Shown here in pieces: positions 10,627 through 21,459 of a stretch of 38,642 nt of DNA. Position 1 is the first letter of the stretch. Each line of letters starts with the position of its first letter. A model generated the notes under the pieces. The model did not search any database. It was not told the origin of the DNA and was given only the letters and a program-made list of their open reading frames with translations. Both the position numbers and the translations under genes were made by a program. The DNA is from a virus, in the UHGV virus genome UHGV-0115960. One strand, 5' to 3'.

Positions 10627-12044
10627 TACTCAATCCTTATCTGGCAGCCAGACAGAGTGACAGGTGACTTCGTGATAACGCGCAATTTGAAGCCGACATT
10701 TTTCCTGATTCGCCCGACACGCTTCCACAAAACGCGTTTGTCGTAAACGAACGGTTCATTCTGCTCAATCATCTGCTCACGACCGTAATTTATGCCGTCA
10801 GTGGTTGCAGAGAGAAAAAGGCGGTCAGCGTACTGAGCAACGCCAGTTGAAGATTCAACTTCAAGGTCGAAAACTCTGGCGTTATCTGCTTTGAACAGTG
10901 GAGTAAACAGCAGGTGTTCCTGTTGCTTGTCGTACTGGCTGCTGATGTCGAACTGCAATTTCCCGGTCAGGGATTCCAGCTTATCGCCGCACGTTATCTG
11001 ATTACCTTCGTAAATGAAGTCGATAGCGCGGTACACATCGTCATACAGTCCTGTTTTCAGCACACACCATTGCGGACCATTAGCGCTTGAAGATGCGTCA
11101 TACACGAGGACGTGGCGCGTAAGATGGATAATCAGCAACTCATGAGCATCAAAGCGCAACGATTCCATCACGCCATCAGCCAGTTCATCAGCAGTGTAGG
11201 AGCGTAGTATTTTCTCAATGCTCGCGCTGGAGATTGGTGATACCTGACCGGAACCGATGATGTACACAGACGGCGCACCTGTTGCCGGATTGCTGATAAA
11301 CGCATAGGAATCAGCAAACGGCGTTTTGCAGTAAGTTCCGGCGATGCCTTTTTGCACCATCAGTGATGGCTGTGCGACATACAAAGCAGCACCAACGGTG
11401 GTTGCGCCAGTCAGGGAGAAATATTCAATCGTCGATGAACCAAAGCAGACGATGAAGTCTCGCCATGTGCCGATACCGATGATGCCGTCCGGCTGCGACT
11501 CGGCACGATATTGTGCGCTGTAACGGTCAGGATGCGATTCGTCTTCAAGGTCAGAGATAAACCATGAATCAGTGCCGTCTTTTGACCACGCATAACGCCC
11601 ACGCAAGCGCGTAATGTCACGAACCGAACCTAACTCATACTGAGTGAATCCGCTATCTGCAGGCCAGTTTGAGACGGTTTTAACCGTGCCATCATAGCGA
11701 TACTCTACCAGTTGACCATTAACGCCTACAGCCTGAGATGTCCGACCATGCGCCATTGATACGCGACCACTTCCAGCGACGTCACCGACTTCGCTTTCGC
11801 CCTTATACAGCTTGCCCCCACACACGCGATATACAGCACTCTGCGCCATGTTGTACTCGACGCCGCGCGATATACCGTTCACATCAGAACGTTTGGCAAT
11901 GCCAGGGAATGAGCGAAGATATCCGCTGCTGTTGAGGATTTCTTTGGGTGTAGCCAACATATTCACTGGCAGATAGTCGATATAGTCGGCGTTTCGAAAG
12001 TCTTTGCCGACACCTTTCATAAGCGGAAGTTGCTGAATCGGCAT
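10626..12044 (-). CDS. Tail accessory / packaged-DNA stabilisation protein (P22 gp10-like)
   Basis: 472 aa, conserved position between gp4 and gp26. Confidence 0.85.
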   Translation of the reverse strand: MPIQQLPLMKGVGKDFRNADYIDYLPVNMLATPKEILNSSGYLRSFPGIAKRSDVNGISRGVEYNMAQSAVYRVCGGKLYKGESEVGDVAGSGRVSMAHGRTSQAVGVNGQLVEYRYDGTVKTVSNWPADSGFTQYELGSVRDITRLRGRYAWSKDGTDSWFISDLEDESHPDRYSAQYRAESQPDGIIGIGTWRDFIVCFGSSTIEYFSLTGATTVGAALYVAQPSLMVQKGIAGTYCKTPFADSYAFISNPATGAPSVYIIGSGQVSPISSASIEKILRSYTADELADGVMESLRFDAHELLIIHLTRHVLVYDASSSANGPQWCVLKTGLYDDVYRAIDFIYEGNQITCGDKLESLTGKLQFDISSQYDKQQEHLLFTPLFKADNARVFDLEVESSTGVAQYADRLFLSATTDGINYGREQMIEQNEPFVYDKRVLWKRVGRIRKNVGFKLRVITKSPVTLSGCQIRIE

Positions 12045-12053
12045 TTATTCACC

Positions 12054-12515
12054 TCACGTACTCGAATCATCTTTCTCGATGTAAAACCGATTCCACGTAA
12101 ACGCGCTTTTGTTACCACTACCGCGAGGCATGTCATTTCGCCGCTCAAGTGGTGGTATTTTGGTTAAAGCGATACAGATTGTTTGATATGCACTGTCAGC
12201 AGCGGTAAGGAGAGCGTCTGACGGCTGAATGACGTTATCCATGCACACTTGCACAGCGAGTTTCAAAGCGACACCATCATTTGCCCATGCAGGGATACCT
12301 GAATCATCGTCAGGTAACGGCATGATGCCGTTTTCTGTATCAGCAAACTGATACCCAAGCTCGATACCTTTCGCCTGCCATGCTGCCATCATGTCTTCGA
12401 GGTCATTAATGGCATCTTCAATTGCCTGAGGGTCAGCATCTGTCAACGTGGCATTGGAATACAGCCCGGCTTTTCGTAAAGCCTTAAGAACGAGATCACC
12501 CTTCGTTTTCGCCAT
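12054..12515 (-). CDS. Tail accessory / head completion protein (P22 gp4-like)
   Basis: 153 aa, position immediately after coat module; ATG with upstream SD. Confidence 0.8.
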   Translation of the reverse strand: MAKTKGDLVLKALRKAGLYSNATLTDADPQAIEDAINDLEDMMAAWQAKGIELGYQFADTENGIMPLPDDDSGIPAWANDGVALKLAVQVCMDNVIQPSDALLTAADSAYQTICIALTKIPPLERRNDMPRGSGNKSAFTWNRFYIEKDDSST

Positions 12516-12684
12516 CTTCTTCCGCCTTAGCCACTTTTTGCTTCGTTGCGGTTTCTTCAGGGGTTTTTACCCAACCTTTTTTCAGGTGAGATTTAACTTC
12601 TTCGTCATCAACAATGATGTAATCGACAGCAAACTGACCACAGGTGATCATGTTGCCAGGCTTATAGAGCATTGTTCGTGCCAT
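12496..12684 (-). CDS. Small hypothetical protein (62 aa from internal ATG) between coat and gp4
   Basis: ORF-track frame; ATG at 12684 preceded by GGAG; no recognised family. Confidence 0.4.
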   Translation of the reverse strand: MARTMLYKPGNMITCGQFAVDYIIVDDEEVKSHLKKGWVKTPEETATKQKVAKAEEDGENEG

Positions 12685-12725
12685 TGTCTTCTCCCAATAA
12701 AAATGGGGCCGAAGCCCCACCTAAA

Positions 12726-13979
12726 TTACTGCCCGGCAATAACGATGCCCGTATATTCAGGAACCAGTACAGAGCAACCGTACAGAGTGGTGAAACGCGC
12801 AGTGGTTACGCCTTTGATGTGGTCGAAGGCGTAAGACATGATCAGCGTAGCGCCCTGCTCGGTGGTTGCTGTCATTACCTGTGGCCCCTGACCAGTAGGG
12901 AACGCCAGTTTGCCGTACATCAGCTCAACAGAACCATCAGCCCAGAACAGGTTGGCCGGTGCGGCATTTTTGTTGAGAATGGTAATTGCTGCACCATTTG
13001 CCGCGTTAGCATCAACGTTTGCATATGGTCGGCTGGCGACATCCGCGTTGTCAGGCGGCAGAATTTTCGGGGAGATAGTTACTGTCGTTCCGCTTACTGC
13101 CAGAACGCGGAATACCTGCGGCTGCCCGGTGGTATCTTTGGTGATCTGGTGTACGGAATTCACCCCTGCAATGGTAAACGCATCGCCAACCTGCAAACCA
13201 GATGCAGATACCGTAATGGTCCCCTGTCGGTTATCCACTGGCATATCGTTGGCATCTTTCGCTTCAACCTTGTGCGCAGGTTCAGCCGCCAGCGTCAGGG
13301 AAGTTGCTGTACCCTTCGGAACACGACCAGAAATATCGGTCTTGTAGCTATCGAAGGACGCAACCGGAGGGATCTGCGCTTTTTCGTATGCTGTCAAGGT
13401 TGCGCCCTGAGCATAGGCACGGTGACCAAGCTCGCCAGCAAGGTCTTTGTAGTTGAAGGGGTTCCAGAAAGAGCGGCGGTTGATACCCTGCGGTACACCA
13501 ATCGCCGTCATAGTGGCATCAATACCTGCCGCACAGTTCCACAAATCACGGCCCTGTGAACCAGTGGTTGAGTCAGACATTGTGATCACGTTAGTAGCAC
13601 GCTGCGTAACCATGGAAATTAGGTCAGAGTCAATCTGTGCAGCAAGGCGCATACCTGCGGCGCGACCAGCTTCAGTTTTATGCTCAGGGTCACGCATTTC
13701 ACGCGCATCCAGAGTGTACAGAATGTTTTTCGGCTCCTTGAATACAGAAGGAACAAGGCGCTGAACCAGTGCTGTAGGCGTTTTTCCGCTGAGGTCGAGG
13801 CCTTCCTCAATGTTCATGTGGTAATGCTGCGGACGATACAGAACATCACCTGCTCGCTGCATTGCTGTATCACCGGGACGGAATTTTTTAGCGTTACGGG
13901 AAACTACGCAGGCGGCCTCAAAGCCTTCAACGTAGTTTTCGAACATGATTTCAAGGTCTTTTGCTAATTGGTTAGCCAT
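12726..13979 (-). CDS. Major capsid (coat) protein, P22/Sf6 gp5-like
   Basis: 417 aa, follows scaffold gene; HK97-fold coat of P22-like phages by size and position. Confidence 0.9.
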   Translation of the reverse strand: MANQLAKDLEIMFENYVEGFEAACVVSRNAKKFRPGDTAMQRAGDVLYRPQHYHMNIEEGLDLSGKTPTALVQRLVPSVFKEPKNILYTLDAREMRDPEHKTEAGRAAGMRLAAQIDSDLISMVTQRATNVITMSDSTTGSQGRDLWNCAAGIDATMTAIGVPQGINRRSFWNPFNYKDLAGELGHRAYAQGATLTAYEKAQIPPVASFDSYKTDISGRVPKGTATSLTLAAEPAHKVEAKDANDMPVDNRQGTITVSASGLQVGDAFTIAGVNSVHQITKDTTGQPQVFRVLAVSGTTVTISPKILPPDNADVASRPYANVDANAANGAAITILNKNAAPANLFWADGSVELMYGKLAFPTGQGPQVMTATTEQGATLIMSYAFDHIKGVTTARFTTLYGCSVLVPEYTGIVIAGQ

Positions 13980-13997
13980 GCTTAATGCTCCGATAGG

Positions 13998-14891
13998 TTA
14001 TTTTTTTGCCTTTTTAGCGGCGAAATACGGCGTCCAGTCACCAGTTTCCAGCGCCTTGGCTTTCAGTTTGTCGAGGTTATTGATTACTGCGCCGTTGCTC
14101 CCCTTAACTGTCGGGGTTGTGGCTGCCGTGGTTTTTGCTTTTGGCATGATTCTTGCCTTCGATTCGATACGTTCCAGCAGACGACCAATTGCTACGGGGT
14201 TGGTAGCTTCTGCCAGTTGCTTGCGCAGTTCAGCGTTGCGACCGAGCGCCAGAACAACGATTTCCGGCTTCTCTGACTCAAACAGGATCGCGTTTTGTGT
14301 CTCTATGGGGATTTCCTCGAGTACGGCCTGTTCAGCTTCCTGATAGCCAGGAACCTTGAGAGCCTTAACACGTTGCTGATATTTGGATAATCGCTCTTGA
14401 TAGGCAGCCTGAAGCTCCTGCTCCTTCTGCTTGCGAGCCATCTCCTGTTGCTGGTATTTGCCGTTGTCCTCCGCCCACTTAGCCATGCGTTGCTGGTAGA
14501 TTTCTTCATCGAAACCGATGTCCTCATCATCCAGTTTTGGCATTCGCGGTGGTTGAGTGATTACCGGCTGCTGCTCGACGGGTTTCTGAGACTGACGCAT
14601 CAGCTCTTTCAGCTCGCGGTCTTTCTCTTTAATCGTCTTGCGCAGGTGTTTTACCAGTCCATGCTCTGCGCTATCTTCGCTGGTTGGCGAATCCAGCTTT
14701 TCGTCACCAAAGTAGAATTCCTGTTCTGATTCGTCGTCATCAGTGTCAGTAGCTTCCTCTGCATCATTTCCTGAGGACTCACTGCCATCTGCTTTTTCGA
14801 CTTCTTCAGCCAGTTCGACATCATCAGGAATCTGCTCTGACGCGTCGGTTTCGATTTCAACTTCTGGTGTGTTTTCTGCCATCTGGTCCAT
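13998..14891 (-). CDS. Scaffolding protein (P22 gp8-like)
   Basis: 297 aa, acidic N-terminus, highly charged helical sequence, KK C-terminus; between portal and coat. Confidence 0.85.
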   Translation of the reverse strand: MDQMAENTPEVEIETDASEQIPDDVELAEEVEKADGSESSGNDAEEATDTDDDESEQEFYFGDEKLDSPTSEDSAEHGLVKHLRKTIKEKDRELKELMRQSQKPVEQQPVITQPPRMPKLDDEDIGFDEEIYQQRMAKWAEDNGKYQQQEMARKQKEQELQAAYQERLSKYQQRVKALKVPGYQEAEQAVLEEIPIETQNAILFESEKPEIVVLALGRNAELRKQLAEATNPVAIGRLLERIESKARIMPKAKTTAATTPTVKGSNGAVINNLDKLKAKALETGDWTPYFAAKKAKK

Positions 14892-14981
14892 TTGTTACCC
14901 CTGTTTACTCGATGTTCAGCCCATCGGAAGGCAATAGGGTGCCAGGCCTCATAAAGACAGCCATTGCACGTTATGGGTTAA

Positions 14982-17180
14982 TTACTGCTGTGGTTGTTGC
15001 TGGGTTGATTTTTGCAGGATGCTGCTGATGTCCATTCGTTGTGCATGGCCCTGTGCCTGACTTTTCAGGACAAGCTCTGCATCAGCACGGGCATTATCTC
15101 CTTGCTGTTGCTGGAACTGTCCGAGAAGTTTCAGAGCCTCGCGGATATCAGATTTCTGCTGGCTATCGGCAGATGCGAGGATTTTCACAACATTTGCCGC
15201 AGCAACCTGAGCATCAGTCTGTGCCTGGAATGCTTTAACCTGAATGGCTGCCTGTTCGTTCTGCGCTTTCTGTAATTCAGCCTGACCAGCAAGAAGCTGA
15301 CCTTGCGCTGCAACCATAGCCGGATCTGGCTGACTGGCCTGTTGTTGTTTCGCCTGTTCAACCATCTGCTGTTCTTCAGGCGTTCTCGGCTTGATAACGC
15401 CAGACAGAAGCAACTGATTGCGGTTGTATTCTTTCAGGTCGTCCATCCCTTCGCCGTCCATATTGTCGAGAATCATCGACGATACAAGGTCGTGCTTCGG
15501 CGTTCCTGGTGGGATAAGTGCCAGCATGGAAAGTAACGACTTAACCGTTGCATCACGGCGAGTAGCGAACGACTGACCGACATCGACAGTCACTTCATAG
15601 TTACCCTGCGAAAGGTCGTTAAGCGCGATAACCTGCCCTGTCTGACGGTCAACCACTTCACCAGTCATCAGCGCCACGTCATCGCTGCCGTCCTCATTAA
15701 CGATGCGCATTGGCGTATCGCTGCCATAGACTTCACGAGCCATAGAAAGCCACACAACGCCAGCGCGACGCATGGATTTAGCCATGTTGTCCATGTAGAT
15801 ATAGGACTGCGTATCCATCCGGTTAAAGATGCTATCAACGGTATCGGTGGCGACGTTGCTCGGCATGTTCTCAAGCTGCGACGCACCTGTAATTTGCTGA
15901 ATAGCCGTTCCGGTGTACTGCAATAGCCCGGCAAGAGCTGGAGGCATTTGTGTCGGAGGCGTATAACTGCTGACCTGAGCCTGCGCAGTAATATCTCCGT
16001 TTTTGTTTTTCAGACTGACCATCGGCAGGAACGCCGGGCGCTTTTTGTTGCGCTCCGCCCAATGATTGGCGAGAGGACCAGGAATCATGTCAACATCAAC
16101 TACAGGAATGCCATCACCGCCAGCCTGAGTAGCGTTATCTGCAATCATGGAAACCATCAGGTTCTCAAGACGCTGTGCATCCATCGCTTTTGCTGCGTGG
16201 CCTTCGATTCGCTCCTGATTATCAACAAATGAGCGACGCCCATATACCGGGATGAGAGGAATATGTTCGCCCGGAATACGCTTCGGTTCTTCCAGCCATT
16301 CAGCGCCAGACAGAAGACCGCAATAAACTCGGCGTTTCTTCACTGTCCGCTCACCAATCAGTTCGAATGCACCATCGGTCAGCTCGTCGACAATATCTTT
16401 GATTTGCTCTTCATCATAGATTGCCGTTTCTCCGCTGACAGGGTTACGCCATGCTGTGAGCTTCACCTTCTCTATGCGGACTTCGTAGTAACGTCCAACA
16501 TAGATGGCGTCAGGCGTTGACCAGTCATACTGAGTACCAGTGTCATCACGAGAAAGGCTTGCCGCGATGGAATCAGGGTATTCAGCCTCGAACGCTTTGG
16601 GCGTCATGGAGAACATTTCCATAGCCCACATAGCATCAGAGCGGTCATATTGCTTGCTGTCCTGATCAAAGAAGACGCATGTCGCTGGGTCGTAAACAGG
16701 GAGAAGGCTTATACGGCGTTGCTCGTTACTCGGATCCATTTCATCTTCGTAATCGGCACACATGCGGAAACAACCGAATCCGCCCGTTACGGCATCATCA
16801 AATGCGTTATCACACGCTTCGCCACCGGATGTTTCCTGATAGTCAGCGCGGAATTTGCCGTTCATTTTTTCGGCTAACGCTTCCGATGCCTTGTCATCCT
16901 TCGGCCTGAATTTAACGCTGATGCGATTCTGTCGATACTCGCCAATGATGCGATCACATTCACGGGCAATCTTATTCAGTTCAAAGCGCGGGTAATGCTC
17001 AAACCTGCCTTCATCAAATGAGTAACCAGCGTTTGTGCTGCCTTCCCACTGTGCGCCGGACACCCGGACGAAACGTTGAGCCTCAATAATCTGCTCACGC
17101 ATATCCTGCGTTGCTGACCAGGCATTATCAAAGTTGCACAGCACCTTGCGATGCCAGTCAGTCATCTTTTTTTCTGCCAT
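14982..17180 (-). CDS. Portal protein (P22 gp1-like)
   Basis: 732 aa; C-terminal AAQGQLLAGQAELQKAQNEQAA...RMDISSILQKS matches recalled P22 portal barrel; follows large terminase. Confidence 0.9.
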   Translation of the reverse strand: MAEKKMTDWHRKVLCNFDNAWSATQDMREQIIEAQRFVRVSGAQWEGSTNAGYSFDEGRFEHYPRFELNKIARECDRIIGEYRQNRISVKFRPKDDKASEALAEKMNGKFRADYQETSGGEACDNAFDDAVTGGFGCFRMCADYEDEMDPSNEQRRISLLPVYDPATCVFFDQDSKQYDRSDAMWAMEMFSMTPKAFEAEYPDSIAASLSRDDTGTQYDWSTPDAIYVGRYYEVRIEKVKLTAWRNPVSGETAIYDEEQIKDIVDELTDGAFELIGERTVKKRRVYCGLLSGAEWLEEPKRIPGEHIPLIPVYGRRSFVDNQERIEGHAAKAMDAQRLENLMVSMIADNATQAGGDGIPVVDVDMIPGPLANHWAERNKKRPAFLPMVSLKNKNGDITAQAQVSSYTPPTQMPPALAGLLQYTGTAIQQITGASQLENMPSNVATDTVDSIFNRMDTQSYIYMDNMAKSMRRAGVVWLSMAREVYGSDTPMRIVNEDGSDDVALMTGEVVDRQTGQVIALNDLSQGNYEVTVDVGQSFATRRDATVKSLLSMLALIPPGTPKHDLVSSMILDNMDGEGMDDLKEYNRNQLLLSGVIKPRTPEEQQMVEQAKQQQASQPDPAMVAAQGQLLAGQAELQKAQNEQAAIQVKAFQAQTDAQVAAANVVKILASADSQQKSDIREALKLLGQFQQQQGDNARADAELVLKSQAQGHAQRMDISSILQKSTQQQPQQ

Positions 17181-17181
17181 A

Positions 17182-18597
17182 TCAACCTACACCACAAGGA
17201 ATTGAGTAACTGGAATAGTCGGGTTGCGCAGCCGACTCCGGGCAATGCATACACATCATCAGCGCATCAGCCAGGTTAGGAGATGGAATACCGAGCTTCT
17301 GCTTCATTTCGACCTTAGTCATAAGCTCCAGCTTCCCGTTATTATTGAATTTGCGCTGAATCTGCGTCAGTTCTGCAAACAGCTTCTCCAGCATCTTCTC
17401 GCCTATTGCTTCTTTGTCGAAACTCAGCATGTCGTCGGGGTCTGCATACTCACCGTGGACAACCGCCCGATATGTCAGATACAGCCTGTCAGCCAGCGCG
17501 TAATAGAATTGCGCTCGCTTATTGCGGAACACATCGCCAATAGTGCGAACGTTGTCGCCCTGTACGACTTCATCAGCCCATGCTCCGGCCTGATACGGTG
17601 CATCTTCATCGAATGGCGATTCGCTGCCCTTGAACATCGTGGCGGTGATTTTCTTGCCGGAGAACGCTTCCGTTGTCTGTCTGCGTAGCCCGGCACCAAC
17701 ACCATCACCATCCCACAGGTAATGGTCAGCGCCGTCTTCAATCGCCAGCGAAGTAGCCCAGTCAGCACCCTCGTTGATGTCCATCAGCAGACCTTCGGCA
17801 ATGCGCTTAACAACCGAACCGTGGCGCGATGCATAACCTTTGGCATCCGGCCCTGTATCTGATGGGTCATGCGCAGAGACAACAGCACCTTTCGCTTTCC
17901 ATCCGAGTTTCTTGTGCGCATCGGTTGCGGCTTCAAGCCATTCACGTTTGATTATTGCCATATCACTTGCGCTTACTGGCTCACCAAGCCAGATGTGACG
18001 ATACAGTGTCGGATTTCTGCGTTTACACTCTTCCATCTCCAGACGGAGAACTTCAGGAAAGTGCGGGTTGTCGGTGTAGTTCACCGTCAGCAGACAAATA
18101 TCATCGGGAGGATTTACGACGAATCGCTGATAGGTATCGTCGAGGATGTTCTTAGGGTTAAAGCTCACCCATATTTCAGAGAACGGCTTACGGATGGTTG
18201 GTATCAGGATATCCCATGATTCCTTCGTTACCGCTTCCGCTTCCTCCACCCAGCAGATATCAATACCTTCTAGCGATTTAATCTTCGTCGGGTTGTTTTT
18301 GATGCCGTAGAACATGAACTCAGCATTCGTTCCGAGATGACGAATCATGGAACGCTGAATTTCAAACTCAGCCGAATACCCTTCACGCTCTATGGTGTCT
18401 TCAAGCAACCGGATTACCGAATCGCTGATACTGTTTTGCAGTTCACGAGCGCAGAGAATACGCACTGGCTGACGACGCGCCGCTTCAACAAGCAGCCTAG
18501 CAATTGCCCATGATTTACCGCTACCTCGACCGCCTTTGGCGACTTTGTAGCGATGCGCCTCAATGAACGGTTCAAAGATAGGATTAATCGAGGTCAT
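17182..18597 (-). CDS. Terminase large subunit
   Basis: Walker A KGGRGSGKSW near N-terminus; 471 aa; overlaps small terminase stop. Confidence 0.9.
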   Translation of the reverse strand: MTSINPIFEPFIEAHRYKVAKGGRGSGKSWAIARLLVEAARRQPVRILCARELQNSISDSVIRLLEDTIEREGYSAEFEIQRSMIRHLGTNAEFMFYGIKNNPTKIKSLEGIDICWVEEAEAVTKESWDILIPTIRKPFSEIWVSFNPKNILDDTYQRFVVNPPDDICLLTVNYTDNPHFPEVLRLEMEECKRRNPTLYRHIWLGEPVSASDMAIIKREWLEAATDAHKKLGWKAKGAVVSAHDPSDTGPDAKGYASRHGSVVKRIAEGLLMDINEGADWATSLAIEDGADHYLWDGDGVGAGLRRQTTEAFSGKKITATMFKGSESPFDEDAPYQAGAWADEVVQGDNVRTIGDVFRNKRAQFYYALADRLYLTYRAVVHGEYADPDDMLSFDKEAIGEKMLEKLFAELTQIQRKFNNNGKLELMTKVEMKQKLGIPSPNLADALMMCMHCPESAAQPDYSSYSIPCGVG

Positions 18598-19034
18598 TTT
18601 CCGAATAGAGTGCTCATCGGTGATGTTTCAATCTGAATTGCGCCGCCGTCTTTGCCTGTTAGCTCGTGATCAACCTTGTCGCGCCATTTATCCTTCTGTC
18701 GGTTCTTAAGCCAGAAAATGGCAGCGGTTGTATCAGGCGGGTAATACTTCTCAAGCGGAGTTTCGACAATTCTGTTTTCAATAACACGAATATCGATATC
18801 TGGAGCCACGAAGCCCATAGCGCGTTGATAAAGACGATCACTAACTTCTGCATCAGCGACGGCCTTACCCTTTTTTATGGACTCCGAAAACTTAGGATAA
18901 TCAAGCTTCCACTTGTTAATAGTTGACTCACTGACTTCAAAGAAATCAGCAAGTTCTGCATCGGTGTAGCCCAGCAAGCACAGTTTGCGTGCCTGTTCGG
19001 CATACGCCTCTTGATACTTTGTTGGGCGCGCCAT
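18594..19034 (-). CDS. Terminase small subunit (HTH DNA-binding)
   Basis: 146 aa immediately upstream of and overlapping large terminase; helix-turn-helix-like LGYTDAELADFFEVSESTINKW. Confidence 0.75.
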   Translation of the reverse strand: MARPTKYQEAYAEQARKLCLLGYTDAELADFFEVSESTINKWKLDYPKFSESIKKGKAVADAEVSDRLYQRAMGFVAPDIDIRVIENRIVETPLEKYYPPDTTAAIFWLKNRQKDKWRDKVDHELTGKDGGAIQIETSPMSTLFGK

Positions 19035-19036
19035 GT

Positions 19037-19279
19037 TTATGCTCCGGTGGTGAACAGGTCTAACGCTTCCTTCGATTTACGCACCGCTTCGATAGTGCGG
19101 GTCGTGATATCCGAATTAGCGCCGCCTGACTGGAAGTGAATTTTGAATAGCTCAAGCTTCAGCTCGTCAGTGCCAATGAACTGAAATGCTTCTTCTGCGG
19201 CTGCGTTCTGGTTCATGACCAGCTTGTAAATCTCTAACTGGAATTTCTGTTCTTCAGTCATGGGAATAATCTCTGCCAT
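19037..19279 (-). CDS. Hypothetical protein, 80 aa, upstream of terminase genes
   Basis: ATG with GGAG upstream; 2-nt spacing to small terminase start. Confidence 0.5.
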   Translation of the reverse strand: MAEIIPMTEEQKFQLEIYKLVMNQNAAAEEAFQFIGTDELKLELFKIHFQSGGANSDITTRTIEAVRKSKEALDLFTTGA

Positions 19280-19383
19280 TATTGGCTCCGTTTATCCGTT
19301 AAAAGGGATATCAGTTAAGTTATCCCGTGCAGGGTATAAGCCATTATCAAAGCCACTCTGTAGGGAATGGATTTTGTGATGGC

Positions 19384-19413
19384 AATAAAAAACCGCCCGT
19401 AGGCGGCAAAATT
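19384..19413 (-). terminator. Rho-independent terminator (minus strand) upstream of terminase block
   Basis: Reverse complement reads GCCGCCtacgGGCGG followed by TTTTTTATT. Confidence 0.6.
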
Positions 19414-19519
19414 AATGTTTCGTAATTGCGTCAGATCATTAACCATAGTTATTGTGTAGCTGCTTTGTGTCGTTGGGGTGAACGACGAAAAAGCGAACAA
19501 CATAATTAATGAGGTGACT

Positions 19520-20050
19520 ATGGAAGTCGAAAAAATGCTGGTCAAGGACCGGAAGTGTGGCTCTTGCTCAGTTTGCTGTGTTTCTTTGGCAATAGATGAG
19601 CCCGAATTGAAAAAAAAGCATGCGGTACCGTGTACCTATCTCAGGCCTCAGGGTGGTTGCTCGATCTATGCTGATCGACCGTCATTGTGCAAAACATGGC
19701 ACTGCGGATGGCGGATGATGCCTTTCATGGGGCCTGCGTTAAGACCAGATCGGTCCAATCTCCTAGTGCGCTTCACGGGAGAATGTTGGATTTTCGGTGA
19801 TGCTGACGACCAAAGGGAATCTGCATTAATGAATAATGATACTTTAAACGCAATGAGCGCTCTGGTCTCGCGTAATATGAAAGTTTCAGTATCAGTTCCA
19901 ACTAAGCCGGGTTATTGCGACGCTGAACATGTCATCAATGATGATATTATGGAGGCGGTAAAAGAACGGTCTTTGTCAAAAGTTAAAGAAATAATTTGGA
20001 CAGTAATTTGCCGGTGCAAAGTCTCCGCGACCAACCCGCGAAAGCAATAA
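19520..20050 (+). CDS. YkgJ-family cysteine-cluster protein (putative metal-binding), antisense to late operon
   Basis: Motif CGSCSVCC plus further Cys (C...C...C..HC) typical of the CxxCxxCC family; ATG at 19520 with GAGGTG upstream (track start 19478 is further upstream). Confidence 0.55.
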   Translation: MEVEKMLVKDRKCGSCSVCCVSLAIDEPELKKKHAVPCTYLRPQGGCSIYADRPSLCKTWHCGWRMMPFMGPALRPDRSNLLVRFTGECWIFGDADDQRESALMNNDTLNAMSALVSRNMKVSVSVPTKPGYCDAEHVINDDIMEAVKERSLSKVKEIIWTVICRCKVSATNPRKQ

Positions 20051-20059
20051 ATTAAGCTG

Positions 20060-20088
20060 AACGCCAAATTTATCCGAAATTTGGCGTT
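20060..20088. terminator. Hairpin terminator after the YkgJ-like gene
   Basis: Perfect inverted repeat AACGCCAAATTT atccg AAATTTGGCGTT. Confidence 0.6.
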
Positions 20089-20340
20089 ACATTAATTCAA
20101 ATGTCGGCATAGCCAACCAATCATCTGGTAAGCATGTGTTTTCGACAGACTGCATTAACCGCTCATCACTTCGACATGTGAAAGTTTCTTTGTGACCGAG
20201 CGAGCCCTGTGAAGAATTAGGGCAATCCATATCTTCACCTGTTTTTTTCACTAGTGCGTTATTAATCTCAATCATTGTGAGTTCCAGACCTCAGACTAAT
20301 TAATTTCAACCCCACTATTGCGAGGCCCAGTTTTCATTAG

Positions 20341-20529
<189 letters not shown>

Positions 20530-20629
20530 TAAGGCTGGAGGTTCATCTTTCAGTGGCTGCCAGTGTTATTTCCCCACTTTCTGGCTTGGGTTGTTTCGTG
20601 GTACTGCTGTTAATTAGTGAGTCCGGGGA

Positions 20630-21115
20630 TTATTTCAGTTCGTTACCAGGCATTTCTTTTAGCTCTTTCAAATGACAACGATTGAGACTAAACCACTCCC
20701 CGTGCGACCTATAGTTGTAATATTTTTGGTGCAATTTGGTTTCAAGCTCTCTATCGGCCGGAATCTTTGCAATTAGATTTAGCTTCCCACCACTCATGCG
20801 AGATATCTCTGAAATCCGTTTATTAACCCTGCGACTAAACCCTATTTTTGTTAGCCCACTATCTTCAGCATGCAGAACGTACACATATGATTTTTGCGAA
20901 GCACTGGGTGCGACTTTGTTGTAATTAATCATGTCAAACATGAAGCCTTGCTTTAGCAAAGTTTCAAAAAAGATAGAATTAACACACCCATTCCTTCTCA
21001 GCTCTGCACTTAGCTTGTCAATTTCCTCTATGATGTCGCCAGACCCCTTTCCACTTATAAGAAAATCTTGGTACATGCGACCAATTCTTGAGGTAATTTC
21101 AACAAAGTTATTCAT
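20630..21115 (-). CDS. T5orf172 / GIY-YIG-like domain protein (161 aa)
   Basis: C-terminal SYVYVLHAEDSGLTKIGFSRRVNKRISEI...ELETKLHQKYYNYRSHGEWFSL matches the T5orf172 signature; ATG with AAGGTAA upstream; AT-rich. Confidence 0.6.
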   Translation of the reverse strand: MNNFVEITSRIGRMYQDFLISGKGSGDIIEEIDKLSAELRRNGCVNSIFFETLLKQGFMFDMINYNKVAPSASQKSYVYVLHAEDSGLTKIGFSRRVNKRISEISRMSGGKLNLIAKIPADRELETKLHQKYYNYRSHGEWFSLNRCHLKELKEMPGNELK

Positions 21116-21459
21116 AGCGTTTACCTTTTAGAAAGATGAGCCTGTTCGCACAGAAAAGCCGTCCCCGAGATGGTCGCCACCATATACGGCAATTCTCAGG
21201 CTCAGCTTTCTGAAAGACTCGGGATTGTTACGCGCTGCGATGCGCGGTTTACTGCAGATGTAAAAAAGCCCCGCGAATACGAGGCTAAATCCTGGTATTT
21301 GTAATGACTGGCTCTTATCTCAACGCAGCCCCTTACCGCGCGCCAGATGCTCAATATCAAGCATCAGCAATGAGATGTTTAATCTGGATTTACTCCAGAA
21401 GTGATCACCACCCTGTCTACAGAGCCAGATGTGAAGGATGATGAGTAAAATTATCGCTA

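Noticed and set aside
12672-13559. Long plus-strand ORFs (295 aa at 12672-13559, also 12910-13347, 13453-13764, 4074-4556, 7075-7428 and others) overlapping structural genes
   Set aside because: They lie antisense to strongly supported coat, tailspike and ejection-protein genes, lack ribosome-binding sites and have skewed, low-complexity translations typical of shadow ORFs
19315-19545. 76-aa minus-strand ORF between the 80-aa gene and the YkgJ-like gene
   Set aside because: Spans the terminator hairpin and the promoter/RBS region of the plus-strand gene; translation is low-complexity with no start context
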